Assembly (NCBI GenBank): GCA_964522405.1
Contig: CAZFTR010000003.1
Coordinates: 35,711-99,710, forward strand
Reading direction: 5' to 3'
Length of the DNA stretch: 64,000 nt
DNA from: an uncultured Gammaproteobacteria bacterium
Lineage (GTDB): Bacteria > Patescibacteriota > Patescibacteriia > Magasanikbacterales > UBA922
The stretch's first letter is position 1; each line of letters starts with the position of its first letter. The position numbers and the translations under genes were made by a program. The notes beneath the pieces are model-generated. The model was not told the DNA's origin and did no database searches. It worked only from the letters and a program-made list of their open reading frames with translations. Below are positions 54,248 through 63,374 of this stretch, in pieces.

Positions 54248-54868
54248 ATGTTGAAAAAAATAATTAAAAATCAAAATGGATTTACAGTGCTGGAATTAAC
54301 AGTTGCAGTGGCAATTTTTGCTATTTTGAGTTTGGCAGTTTCATGGTTGGTAATCAGAAGTTGGAGATCAAATGCTGTAATTTGGGAACAGCTCACCACT
54401 CAAAATGATGGAAGAAAAGCTGTAAAGCAAGTTGTAGATGATGTTCGTCGAGCAGAAGAATCAAGTCTTGGTTCATTTCCAATTGTTCTTGCTGATGATT
54501 ATGAATTGGCCTTTTACGCAAATATTGATAATGATAGTATTCGCGAAAGAGTTAGATTTTGGCTTGATGATTCAAATTTGAAAAAAGGCATAATTGAGCC
54601 AACTGGAAATCCTCTGCAATATGACATCCAAACAGAGACAGAAGTAATAATAGCAAGTGATGTGGTCAATACTACCAGTTCAGTTCCGGTTTTTTCATAT
54701 TATGATTCTAGTTATACGGGCGAAGAGTCGGCAATGATAACCCCTGCCAATATTACTGATCTTAGAGTGGTAAAAGTTCAATTGGAACTTGAAAAAGATC
54801 CAACAGAAACACCAGTTCCGCTCCATGTTGAAAGTACAGTGCAGATTCGTAATTTAAAAGATAATTAA
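54248..54868 (+). CDS. Minor (pseudo)pilin with type IV prepilin N-terminus
   Basis: MLKKIIKNQNGFTVLELTVAVAIFAILSLAV. Confidence 0.7.
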   Translation: MLKKIIKNQNGFTVLELTVAVAIFAILSLAVSWLVIRSWRSNAVIWEQLTTQNDGRKAVKQVVDDVRRAEESSLGSFPIVLADDYELAFYANIDNDSIRERVRFWLDDSNLKKGIIEPTGNPLQYDIQTETEVIIASDVVNTTSSVPVFSYYDSSYTGEESAMITPANITDLRVVKVQLELEKDPTETPVPLHVESTVQIRNLKDN

Positions 54869-54869
54869 T

Positions 54870-56267
54870 TTGATGATGTTTGTAAAAAAAATACTCAAAG
54901 AAATATTATTGAGCAAATCAGGTAGCATGCTGGTCTTTGTGATGATTTTTGGGTTTATGGCTTTTACTGTGATTATTTTGGGGGTAAGTGGTTATGCCAT
55001 GTTTGAAAACAAAGCCTCAAATCATCAAAAAGCTCGAACTGCTTCATTTCATATAGCAGAAGCTGGTGTAAATTATTATCGTTGGCATCTAGCACATAAT
55101 CCAACTGATTATCAGGATGGAACAGGTCAGCCTGGTCCCTACCTTCATGAGCATAAGGATAAAGATGGAAATCTAGTTGGCTATTTTTCTCTTGAAATTG
55201 ATGAGCCGTTGTCAGGTTCAACTATTGTGGTTGTTCGTTCAACTGGTTGGTTGGCAAGTGAACCAAATATCACCAGAACTATTCAAGTGCGCGTGGGTTT
55301 TCCAGCTTTAACTGATTATTCTTTTGTTGAAAATTCAAATATGAATTTTAGTCCAACAACTCAAGTTCATGGAAAAGTACATGCAAACGGAGGAATAAAA
55401 TTTGATGGTACGACTGACGCAGTTATACAGAGTGCAAAGGAAACTTACCAGTATGGATATCAGACTAAGCCGGGAATTTGGGGAGATGGTGGACCTACAG
55501 AGCTCTGGGATTTTCCAGTAGCTCCAAAAGATTTTAATTCTATAAGTGCTGATTTGGCTGCTGTTCGTGATCTTGCGGATAATGGGGGAATTCATCTTAA
55601 TTCTTCTGGTCAAGAGGGTTGGCATATTGTTTTTAAAGCAAATGGTACTTTTGATTTATATAGGGTTACTCAGAGACAGTGTTATTATGGAAATGGTTAT
55701 TTTTGGTGGTGGTGGTGGGTTGGGGATACTCATTGTTATGATATTCAGAGTGAGACTTTTGTACAAAATTATCAGATTCCTGAAAATGGAGCAGTTTTTA
55801 TAGAAGATGATGTTTGGGTTGATGGTGTGGTCGATGGAAGAGTTACTATTGGAGCTGGTAGATTTCCTGTTCTTGAATCTACTTATCAGGAAATTTACCT
55901 AAATGGAAATATAACTTATGAAGAGCAGGCCAGTGATGATGTTCTCGGGCTTATTGCTCAGGGCGATGTTATTGCTCCATATGATTTGCCGGATGATTTA
56001 GTTATAAATGCCGCAGTATTATCCCAATTTAAAAAAATTATCAGACCTTATTACCACAGCTCTTATAATCCAAGTATCAAAAATAGTCTGACATTTTTAG
56101 GGTCACAAATTTCTTATGATGGTGGTGGTTGGAAATGGGGTAACCCAGTTGTTTCCGGTTTTGTTAATACTAATTATATTTATGATGGAAATCTCAGGTA
56201 TTTTCCGCCGCCCGGCTTTCCTGTTGGAAATACTTATGAGCTTATAAGTTGGGAAGAAATTGAGTGA
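54870..56267 (+). CDS. PilX-like minor pilin / pilus-associated protein (N-terminal TM plus large ectodomain)
   Basis: N-terminal hydrophobic segment MLVFVMIFGFMAFTVIILGV. Translationally coupled to the preceding pilin gene. Contains a WWWW motif. Confidence 0.45.
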   Translation: MMMFVKKILKEILLSKSGSMLVFVMIFGFMAFTVIILGVSGYAMFENKASNHQKARTASFHIAEAGVNYYRWHLAHNPTDYQDGTGQPGPYLHEHKDKDGNLVGYFSLEIDEPLSGSTIVVVRSTGWLASEPNITRTIQVRVGFPALTDYSFVENSNMNFSPTTQVHGKVHANGGIKFDGTTDAVIQSAKETYQYGYQTKPGIWGDGGPTELWDFPVAPKDFNSISADLAAVRDLADNGGIHLNSSGQEGWHIVFKANGTFDLYRVTQRQCYYGNGYFWWWWWVGDTHCYDIQSETFVQNYQIPENGAVFIEDDVWVDGVVDGRVTIGAGRFPVLESTYQEIYLNGNITYEEQASDDVLGLIAQGDVIAPYDLPDDLVINAAVLSQFKKIIRPYYHSSYNPSIKNSLTFLGSQISYDGGGWKWGNPVVSGFVNTNYIYDGNLRYFPPPGFPVGNTYELISWEEIE

Positions 56268-56352
56268 ATAACTAAATAGCCAAAAATGGTTTTTTTTGAT
56301 ATAGTATTGTAAGGATTTGCATGCAAGTCCTTATCAGTAAAATAAATTTATT

Positions 56353-57234
56353 ATGAGTAAAGTTAGAAAAGGCGTAATTACTGTCGCTGGTCTTGGTACA
56401 CGTTTTTTACCAGCCACAAAAGCTATGCCAAAAGAGATGTTGCCAGTACTTGATAAGCCGGTAGTCCAATATATAGTAGAAGAAATGGCAGCAAGTGGAA
56501 TTACAGAAATAATATTTGTAACCAGTTCAAAGAAAACAGCAATTGAAGATCATTTTGATCGAAATCATGATTTTGAATGTGCATTAGAGAAGGCTGGAAA
56601 GTTTGAAAGATTAAAGCCATTGGTAGAATTATCCAAAAAAGTTCGTTTTTTCTATACCAGACAATCAGCTCCTCTTGGAAATGGTCATGCCCTGCTCTGC
56701 ACTAGGGAATTTATTGGAAATCAACCTTTTGCTTTTTCAGACGGGGACAGCATTATTGATTCCAAGACTCCCGTTATTAAGCAGTTGGTCAAAGTTTTCA
56801 ATAAGCAAAAGGCCTCTGTTATTGGGGTTCAGAGAATTGATGACAAAGAAGCAATGACTAAGTACGGGAATGTATATGCTAAGCCTCTTAAAGAAAAAAG
56901 AACTTATAAAGTAAGTGAATTTATAGAAAAACCAAAATTAAAAAATGTCTCACCGGAAGGATTAATAGTTGGTGGGATGAGATATATTTTCACCAGCGAT
57001 ATTTGGAATTTTCTTGAGAAACAGAGAAAAGGAAAGGGCGGGGAGATCTGGCTTGCCGACGCAGCAAACGCACTTGCCAAGAAAAAACCATTTTTTGCTT
57101 ATGAATATGAAGGAAAGTATTTTGATACCGGCAACAAGGCATCGCTGCTTAGAACCTCACTCCACTTTGCCATGAAAGATCATGATTTAAAATCAGAAGT
57201 TTTAAATTTATTAAAAGAAAAATCAGAAATATGA
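56353..57234 (+). CDS. galU: UTP--glucose-1-phosphate uridylyltransferase
   Basis: GVITVAGLGTRFLPATKAMPKEMLPVLDKPVVQYIVEEM N-terminus and GalU-type C-terminal motifs. Confidence 0.9.
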   Translation: MSKVRKGVITVAGLGTRFLPATKAMPKEMLPVLDKPVVQYIVEEMAASGITEIIFVTSSKKTAIEDHFDRNHDFECALEKAGKFERLKPLVELSKKVRFFYTRQSAPLGNGHALLCTREFIGNQPFAFSDGDSIIDSKTPVIKQLVKVFNKQKASVIGVQRIDDKEAMTKYGNVYAKPLKEKRTYKVSEFIEKPKLKNVSPEGLIVGGMRYIFTSDIWNFLEKQRKGKGGEIWLADAANALAKKKPFFAYEYEGKYFDTGNKASLLRTSLHFAMKDHDLKSEVLNLLKEKSEI

Positions 57235-58571
57235 TTTCTTTAAATAAAATCAGGATTTCAGCATTTGTATTTTTTCTTGCTGCGGGTTTTTTGGTGTTTG
57301 CTGGTGGGGTTGGGGCTGCAGCGGAAGGATATTGTTTTTATTTGGAACCACCGGGTTTAACAGATTTATGTTATAAATATGATAAAGCTGCAAATGAAAT
57401 AGATGCAGATAGTTTAGCAGGTTGCAATACTTGGTCAGAAGAGTTAACCAAGGGAGAGGCTTTCCCGGAAAAATTAGTCGGTGGTATAGAGTTAGAGAAA
57501 TTTTCTACTGGTTGTCCTGATTTAAATATGTTAGATGCTGACGGTTCAGTAATGTATAAAATGAGTCATGTCCAAGTAAAGACCGGTGATCAAATTATTT
57601 TGTTTCCTATCCCGGTTGGAGCTTTGGAGATAAATTCAGATGCTTTGGCTGGAATTTTACCTAATATTTCTCACCCTAAATTTGTTTCCAGCGCTAATAA
57701 GCAATTGAATCCGACATTAACCCTAGAGCAAGTAAAAAAAGCAATTCAATTATTACAAACAAAAACTTGTTGTGTTCCCAAAGATCCAGATGCTGGACTG
57801 AAGTGTGGGGTTGCTGAATTAACAGATTTTGTTAAATCAGGTTTAAATGACAAGAACATTGCTATAAATTCGCCATTTGACTTTAAGCAAATTGAGAATT
57901 GGATTAATCCGCAAAATCCAGCTCAACCAAAATGGACTGATTTGTTTAAATGTCCGGTTCCTAAAAATATCCTTGGAGGAGGATATGCACTTTATACTGA
58001 TATTTCATGTTCTAGCCCATCACCAGTCGAAGCGCCGTCAGATAAGTATAATCAACAGCAGGGTGGAGTTATTATTGCTATAAGCGGGTATTGTGGTAGA
58101 AGTGAATCTTATCAATACTGCGCTTGTGATAAGGAGATTACCAGTTGCTACAAAACAGACAAAGCAAATGAACTAGATTGTCAAAAGGAAGCAACTCAAA
58201 AATTTGGAGCAGGTGCTTTTTGTCAAAAAACCATTATTGGTCATTCATGTAGTTTTAAAAAAGGCGGTGAATATACTGGTCCTACAGGATTATCAAACGA
58301 AGAGCTAAAAGCCATGGTCAAAGGACTGCATAAACTTCAAACTACAGATATAAGAGTTTTGATTGGTAATGCCATCAGAGTTTTAATGGGAATTATGGGA
58401 AGTATCGCTCTTGCTATGTTTACACTTGGTGGAATTATGTTTATGACAGCTTCCGGTAACGCAGAAAAGACTAAAAAAGGAATCAATATTGTAGTTTGGA
58501 GTGGACTTGGTTTGATTGTTATAGTATCAAGTTATGCTCTGGTTGATTTTATTTTGAAGGTTTTGAAATAA
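57231..58571 (+). CDS. Pilin-module paralog 1: secreted cysteine-rich ectodomain (about 370 aa) plus C-terminal TrbC/VirB2-like two-helix membrane module
   Basis: Signal peptide. C-terminal LMGIMGSIALAMFTLGGIMFMTASGNAEKTKKGINIVVWSGLGLIVIVSSYALV matches the family motif shared by the eight paralogs. Start overlaps the galU stop (ATGA). Confidence 0.6.
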   Translation: MISLNKIRISAFVFFLAAGFLVFAGGVGAAAEGYCFYLEPPGLTDLCYKYDKAANEIDADSLAGCNTWSEELTKGEAFPEKLVGGIELEKFSTGCPDLNMLDADGSVMYKMSHVQVKTGDQIILFPIPVGALEINSDALAGILPNISHPKFVSSANKQLNPTLTLEQVKKAIQLLQTKTCCVPKDPDAGLKCGVAELTDFVKSGLNDKNIAINSPFDFKQIENWINPQNPAQPKWTDLFKCPVPKNILGGGYALYTDISCSSPSPVEAPSDKYNQQQGGVIIAISGYCGRSESYQYCACDKEITSCYKTDKANELDCQKEATQKFGAGAFCQKTIIGHSCSFKKGGEYTGPTGLSNEELKAMVKGLHKLQTTDIRVLIGNAIRVLMGIMGSIALAMFTLGGIMFMTASGNAEKTKKGINIVVWSGLGLIVIVSSYALVDFILKVLK

Positions 58572-58596
58572 ATATAGCCAATAGAAAAAGTTTCTT

Positions 58597-59970
58597 ATGA
58601 AAAAAAGGTTCACAAAAATTTTATTACTCTGCTTGTCTTTCTTGGTTCTTGGTTTTGGCTGTAAGGGTTTGAGTGAAGAGGAAATTGCTGCTTTTCAACC
58701 GGTAGTTTTGAATTATTGGACAGTTTACAATGATCTTGACATGCTTCGAGGATTTGCTGCAGAATACAAAAAAATACGACCTTATGTAACTATAAATATA
58801 CGACAAGTTAGATATGATGAATTTGATCGCTTGTTTACCAATGCGCTTGCTGACGATGTTGCTCCTGATTTAGTTTCTATGCACAATAGATGGGTTAGGG
58901 CTAATTCACATAGATTGTCTCCAATGCCTGAGAGTGTTGAGGTTTCAAGGTTAGTTGTTAAAAGTGAATTTAGCAAAGAAATAGAAGTCCTTCCGGAAAT
59001 AACTCAAATGCCTTCTATCCAATCTATGAAAAGTGCCTATGTTAAAACTGTGGTTGAGGATGCGGTTGTGGGTGGGCAGGTTTATGGTTTGCCAATAGCT
59101 ATGGATACTATGGCAATTTATTATAATAAGGGTTTACTTGATAAAGCCGGGATTCCGGAACCGCCGGCAGATTGGGATGAGTTTGTTGAGGCTGTAAAAA
59201 AGACAACTCGTTTTGATAGCACAGGTAGAATAATGCAATCAGGGGTTGCTTTGGGAACAGGGAAAAATATTGATAATTCTTTTGATATTTTATCACTTTT
59301 GATGATGCAGAGCGGTGTAAAAATGGCCAGTGGAGGAAGGGTAACTTTTGCTGATGGTTTGAAAAAAGCTCGAAGTTCACATCCTACTTTTCAAGCTTTG
59401 AGATTTTATAGTGATTTTGCTACGCCCACCAAAGAAGCATATAGCTGGAACAATGATCAAGAAAATGCACTTGATGCCTTTGTAAGAGGAAAAACAGCTT
59501 TTTATCTTGGGTTTGCTTTTGATCAGAGAAGAATAAGATCTCGAGCGCCTGGCATTGACCTGGAAGTAATACCTATGTTTCAGTTAAATCAGGCTTCGCC
59601 GGTTAATATTTCAAATTATTGGTTGGAGTCAGTGGTAAGAAGATCAAAAAATCAAAATGAGGCCTGGGATTTTATCAGATATATAACTGCGCTTTCAAGT
59701 GTACAAGTCTACACAGACAGAACTCTGCAACCAACCCCATACAGATCACAAATTGAAAGACAGATGGAAAATCCAGAATTGGAACCTTTTACTTCACAAG
59801 TACTTTTTGCAGAAAATTGGTTTAATGGCCGAAATTTTTCCAGTGCCAAAGAAGCTATCTCAAATATGATTGACACTTATCTTGAGCCATATTCACAAGA
59901 CAAGGATCCTCTAATGAGAGATAAGGAAATAATTAATAATGCTGCTAGTAGAGTTCAGCAGGCTATGTAA
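58597..59970 (+). CDS. ABC-transporter extracellular solute-binding lipoprotein (SBP family 1, sugar-type), embedded within the pilin-module array
   Basis: Lipobox LVLGFGC. The size and pattern fit SBP_bac_1 (WTVYND..., AFYLGFAFDQRR). Confidence 0.65.
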   Translation: MKKRFTKILLLCLSFLVLGFGCKGLSEEEIAAFQPVVLNYWTVYNDLDMLRGFAAEYKKIRPYVTINIRQVRYDEFDRLFTNALADDVAPDLVSMHNRWVRANSHRLSPMPESVEVSRLVVKSEFSKEIEVLPEITQMPSIQSMKSAYVKTVVEDAVVGGQVYGLPIAMDTMAIYYNKGLLDKAGIPEPPADWDEFVEAVKKTTRFDSTGRIMQSGVALGTGKNIDNSFDILSLLMMQSGVKMASGGRVTFADGLKKARSSHPTFQALRFYSDFATPTKEAYSWNNDQENALDAFVRGKTAFYLGFAFDQRRIRSRAPGIDLEVIPMFQLNQASPVNISNYWLESVVRRSKNQNEAWDFIRYITALSSVQVYTDRTLQPTPYRSQIERQMENPELEPFTSQVLFAENWFNGRNFSSAKEAISNMIDTYLEPYSQDKDPLMRDKEIINNAASRVQQAM

Positions 59971-59976
59971 TTTTTT

Positions 59977-60699
59977 ATGAAACTCTTAATATTTTTCTCA
60001 ACAGTTTTATTTCTAAGTTTTGTTTTTTTATTTTCTCCCGGTGTGGTGAGTGCAGAAGGTGATTGTGAGTTGAATTATGAAGATTTTGGACTTAAGTGTC
60101 AGCCTATAGCTGATTGTGGGGATTCTGCAGAAATAACAGCTCAGACTCAGAAACATCACTCGGATGTTGGTCAGGGTTCTTTAGTTGTTCAAAGTGGTAA
60201 AACTGTTATAACAGGTCAGTGCGCTGACGCAAATCAAGTTTGTTGTTTCAAAACAGGTTCAGCAACTTCCGGAAGTGCTGCAGGAACATCGTTTGAAAAG
60301 CCTACATCAGGTAATACTGATAGCTTTGTCCCTACAAAACCGGATAAATACTTAGGTCCGTTGCCTCCTTGTGCTTGGGCTGGTACTTGTAGAGGAATCA
60401 ATGATGTCCTCTCAGTTGCTGTGAAGTGGGGAAGTAGAATCTTTGGATTTATTGGTTCAATGGCATTTGTTATGTTTGTCTATGGTGGATTTATGATGAT
60501 GATTTCAATGGGAAATGCTGAAAGAGTAAAAAAAGGAACTGATATAATGGTGGCAGCTGTAGTAGGTTTGATAATTGCTTTCAGCGCTTATTTGATTGTT
60601 GGATTTATACTTGATGCAATCGGAGTTACAGATCCGCAATTTAGGGCTGTTGATAAAATAAGTGCTGTTTTTGATCTGGTGGGTGACAGATTCTTATAA
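59977..60699 (+). CDS. Pilin-module paralog 2: N-terminal Cys-rich ectodomain plus C-terminal TrbC/VirB2-like module
   Basis: IGSMAFVMFVYGGFMMMISMGNAERVKKGTDIMVAAVVGLIIAFSAYLIV. Confidence 0.6.
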   Translation: MKLLIFFSTVLFLSFVFLFSPGVVSAEGDCELNYEDFGLKCQPIADCGDSAEITAQTQKHHSDVGQGSLVVQSGKTVITGQCADANQVCCFKTGSATSGSAAGTSFEKPTSGNTDSFVPTKPDKYLGPLPPCAWAGTCRGINDVLSVAVKWGSRIFGFIGSMAFVMFVYGGFMMMISMGNAERVKKGTDIMVAAVVGLIIAFSAYLIVGFILDAIGVTDPQFRAVDKISAVFDLVGDRFL

Positions 60700-60748
60700 G
60701 TGTGCTATAGTATAATACTTTTATTTCGGGATAAAGATTTATCATTTT

Positions 60749-61552
60749 ATGAAAAAAAGTACCAAAATTTTAGTTATAATGTCTTGTCTTGTTTTTGTAG
60801 GTTTAGTTTTCGTGCCGCTTGTTGCTGAGGCAACCAATGTTAGTGTGGTTAAACTTCAAAATCCTCTTGGTACTACCAATATTCCTCAGATAATAGGTGG
60901 TTTTATTGCTAGATTGTTAGCGTTAATTGGTTCAATAGCGCTTCTCATGTTTATAATTGGTGGGTTCATGTGGCTTACTTCTGCCGGTAATCCTGAGAAA
61001 ATCCAAAAAGGTATACAAACTATGATTTGGTCTGCTATTGGAGTGTTTATCATTTTCAGCTCTTATGCTATACTACAGCTAATCTTAAAAGGGCTGAGTG
61101 TAGAGAGTTATGCTGACGCACCGAATCCTTTTACTGTAGAAGAGGGAGTTGATGGTACATCATCCGAAGGAAAGCAAGGTTGTTACTGTATTTTCAAAGA
61201 AGATGAAGAAGCTGGTGAAAAGAAAGTAACCGCGCCTGTTAAGCAGGGTGATTGTACGGATTATGCAGAAGCAGCAAAAGAAACAATAAAATCATGTAAA
61301 TGGTATGAGACAGCTTCAGCAGCTGCAGCTACTGAAAAACAAAGTGAATGTCAGAAAAATTACAGCAAATTTGGTTTAAGCTGTAATACTAAAACAACTT
61401 GCGATAAGTCATCTGAATCAAAATCAAAAATCAAAAGCGCTTGGGCAGAAAAATCAAAACCACATAAGAATTCAAAAAAGAAATCATATTTTATAACTTG
61501 GCAGTGTCTGGGACAGCCGACAAATGTGGTATGTTGTGTGAAGAAGCCTTAA
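60749..61552 (+). CDS. Pilin-module paralog 3: N-terminal TrbC/VirB2-like module plus C-terminal Cys/Lys-rich domain
   Basis: IGSIALLMFIIGGFMWLTSAGNPEKIQKGIQTMIWSAIGVFIIFSSYAIL. Confidence 0.6.
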   Translation: MKKSTKILVIMSCLVFVGLVFVPLVAEATNVSVVKLQNPLGTTNIPQIIGGFIARLLALIGSIALLMFIIGGFMWLTSAGNPEKIQKGIQTMIWSAIGVFIIFSSYAILQLILKGLSVESYADAPNPFTVEEGVDGTSSEGKQGCYCIFKEDEEAGEKKVTAPVKQGDCTDYAEAAKETIKSCKWYETASAAAATEKQSECQKNYSKFGLSCNTKTTCDKSSESKSKIKSAWAEKSKPHKNSKKKSYFITWQCLGQPTNVVCCVKKP

Positions 61553-61603
61553 TTTTAAAAGTATTACTATGAATACTATCCAAAATAGAAGGGGGGTGAT
61601 TAC

Positions 61604-62047
61604 ATGTATTGGCTAACAAAACTTGCTAAACACAAAGTTGCTATGAGTTTTGCTGTAGCACTTGCTTTCGGTTTATTGCTAGCTCCGGCTGCAAATGTTG
61701 GTGCTGCTGCAACTGATACATTCGGAATATCCCCTGTTGGAAGTGAATTAAAAACAACTCTTGGAGACACTGACCTTCGAACAACTATTGCCAGATTGAT
61801 TAATGTTGCTTTGAGTTTGCTTGGTATCGTAGCAGTTGTGATCATCCTAATGGGTGGATTTAAATGGATGACTGCTGGTGGTAATGAAGATAAAGTAGCA
61901 GAGGCTAGAAAATTAATCTTCTCTGGTATTATCGGACTTGCAATCATCATGACCAGTTGGGCAATTGCTCTATTTGTATTTAACAAATTGGCAGAAGCTA
62001 CAACCGGAACAACAGCTGGAATACCTACTGAATTCCAAATTAAGTAA
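61604..62047 (+). CDS. Pilin-module paralog 4: core-only TrbC/VirB2-like small membrane protein
   Basis: LLGIVAVVIILMGGFKWMTAGGNEDKVAEARKLIFSGIIGLAIIMTSWAIALF. Confidence 0.65.
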   Translation: MYWLTKLAKHKVAMSFAVALAFGLLLAPAANVGAAATDTFGISPVGSELKTTLGDTDLRTTIARLINVALSLLGIVAVVIILMGGFKWMTAGGNEDKVAEARKLIFSGIIGLAIIMTSWAIALFVFNKLAEATTGTTAGIPTEFQIK

Positions 62048-62167
62048 AATTGATGAGTGGGGCAGGGCTGGTCTCTGCCCCCTATTTTACAGCAGGAAAT
62101 TAAATATAAGATTGTTCAAACTTTTATATATAATTTTCTGCAAAACTGCAGAACTAAAAATATTTCT

Positions 62168-62596
62168 ATGTATAAAAAAATAATATTAGCCTTTGGTGGT
62201 TTTTTTGTAATTTTTGGAGCATTGCTAAGTGTTGACATAGTAAGAGCTCAGCAAACCCCAATTTGTGATTTTGACCCGGTTACAGATCCTCTGGGACTTG
62301 CTTGTGCCAGTGCTACAGGATTAAAAGCAGATGATCCTCGTCTTATAGCAGGAAGAATTATAAATGTAACATTAGGAATTTTGGGAATTTTAGCAACAGT
62401 TTTGATTGTCTATGCAGGATTTAGATGGATGACCGCAGGTGGAAATGAAGAAAATGTAAAAACAGCTCAAAAAATTCTTATCTCAGCAGTAATTGGTTTG
62501 CTTATTATTCTGACAGCTTATTCTGTAACTGCTTTTGTGATTAAAAAGGCTTATTCCGCGACTACCGGAGTACAGTACGGAACACCGGTACCATAA
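62168..62596 (+). CDS. Pilin-module paralog 5: core-only TrbC/VirB2-like small membrane protein
   Basis: ILGILATVLIVYAGFRWMTAGGNEENVKTAQKILISAVIGLLIILTAYSVTAF. Start placed at the internal ATG (MYKKIILAFGG...), which gives a signal peptide. Confidence 0.6.
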   Translation: MYKKIILAFGGFFVIFGALLSVDIVRAQQTPICDFDPVTDPLGLACASATGLKADDPRLIAGRIINVTLGILGILATVLIVYAGFRWMTAGGNEENVKTAQKILISAVIGLLIILTAYSVTAFVIKKAYSATTGVQYGTPVP

Positions 62597-62621
62597 TTTG
62601 AAATTTCTATAAATATTTTCA

Positions 62622-63365
62622 ATGCTTATGAAGTTTAAAACAAAGTTAAAAGTAGCAGTTTTTGCAGTCTTGGTAGTTTGTGCAGGATTTAGCGCTAGTG
62701 TAGTATATGGGCAAAATTCTAGTGACCCATATGGTTTGGATACCACTGCCGGAGCAGCACAATTAACAACAGATAAAGATGTGCCTACCATTATTGGTAA
62801 TGTGGTTGGTGCGGCACTTTCTCTGGTTTCTGTTTTGTTTTTTATACTTATGATCTATGGTGGAGTTCGTTGGATGCTGGCGCGCGGACATGAAGATGAG
62901 GCTAGAAAAGCACTAGATACTATTATCGGAGCAATAATCGGTATTTTGATTATTCTTGGAGCATACGCTATAACTAGATTTATTTTGGAGGCGCCTGGAG
63001 CTGGTAGTTCTGGTGGCGGTGGAGGTACTACCCAAGAACAACAGGTTGGTTCATGTACACCAGACCCAGCAGTTGATGACGATGATATAGGCACTGACTT
63101 AGATCCAAAATGTATGGCTTTAAATATTGGCCTTGTTGTGGGTGATGAGGCTGGAAATACTCAAAAATGTGCTGCTGCGGAAATAAACGGCGTTAAAGGG
63201 GTTTGTGTAGTCGATCCTGTTGCAGCTAATAATGGTGCAGCATCATGCATGGTCGCAGATGATGGAGGAACAAAATATAAAGCAGCATGTGCAAGTCTCT
63301 CCGGAGAGACAGCGTGTAAAGGTCATAAATCAGGCGCAGCTAGTATTTGTAAATTTGAAAAATAG
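62622..63365 (+). CDS. Pilin-module paralog 6: TrbC/VirB2-like module plus Gly-run and Cys-rich C-terminal domain
   Basis: LVSVLFFILMIYGGVRWMLARGHEDEARKALDTIIGAIIGILIILGAYAIT, then SSGGGGG and a Cys-rich tail. Confidence 0.6.
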   Translation: MLMKFKTKLKVAVFAVLVVCAGFSASVVYGQNSSDPYGLDTTAGAAQLTTDKDVPTIIGNVVGAALSLVSVLFFILMIYGGVRWMLARGHEDEARKALDTIIGAIIGILIILGAYAITRFILEAPGAGSSGGGGGTTQEQQVGSCTPDPAVDDDDIGTDLDPKCMALNIGLVVGDEAGNTQKCAAAEINGVKGVCVVDPVAANNGAASCMVADDGGTKYKAACASLSGETACKGHKSGAASICKFEK

Positions 63366-63374
63366 GCTTCTTCT

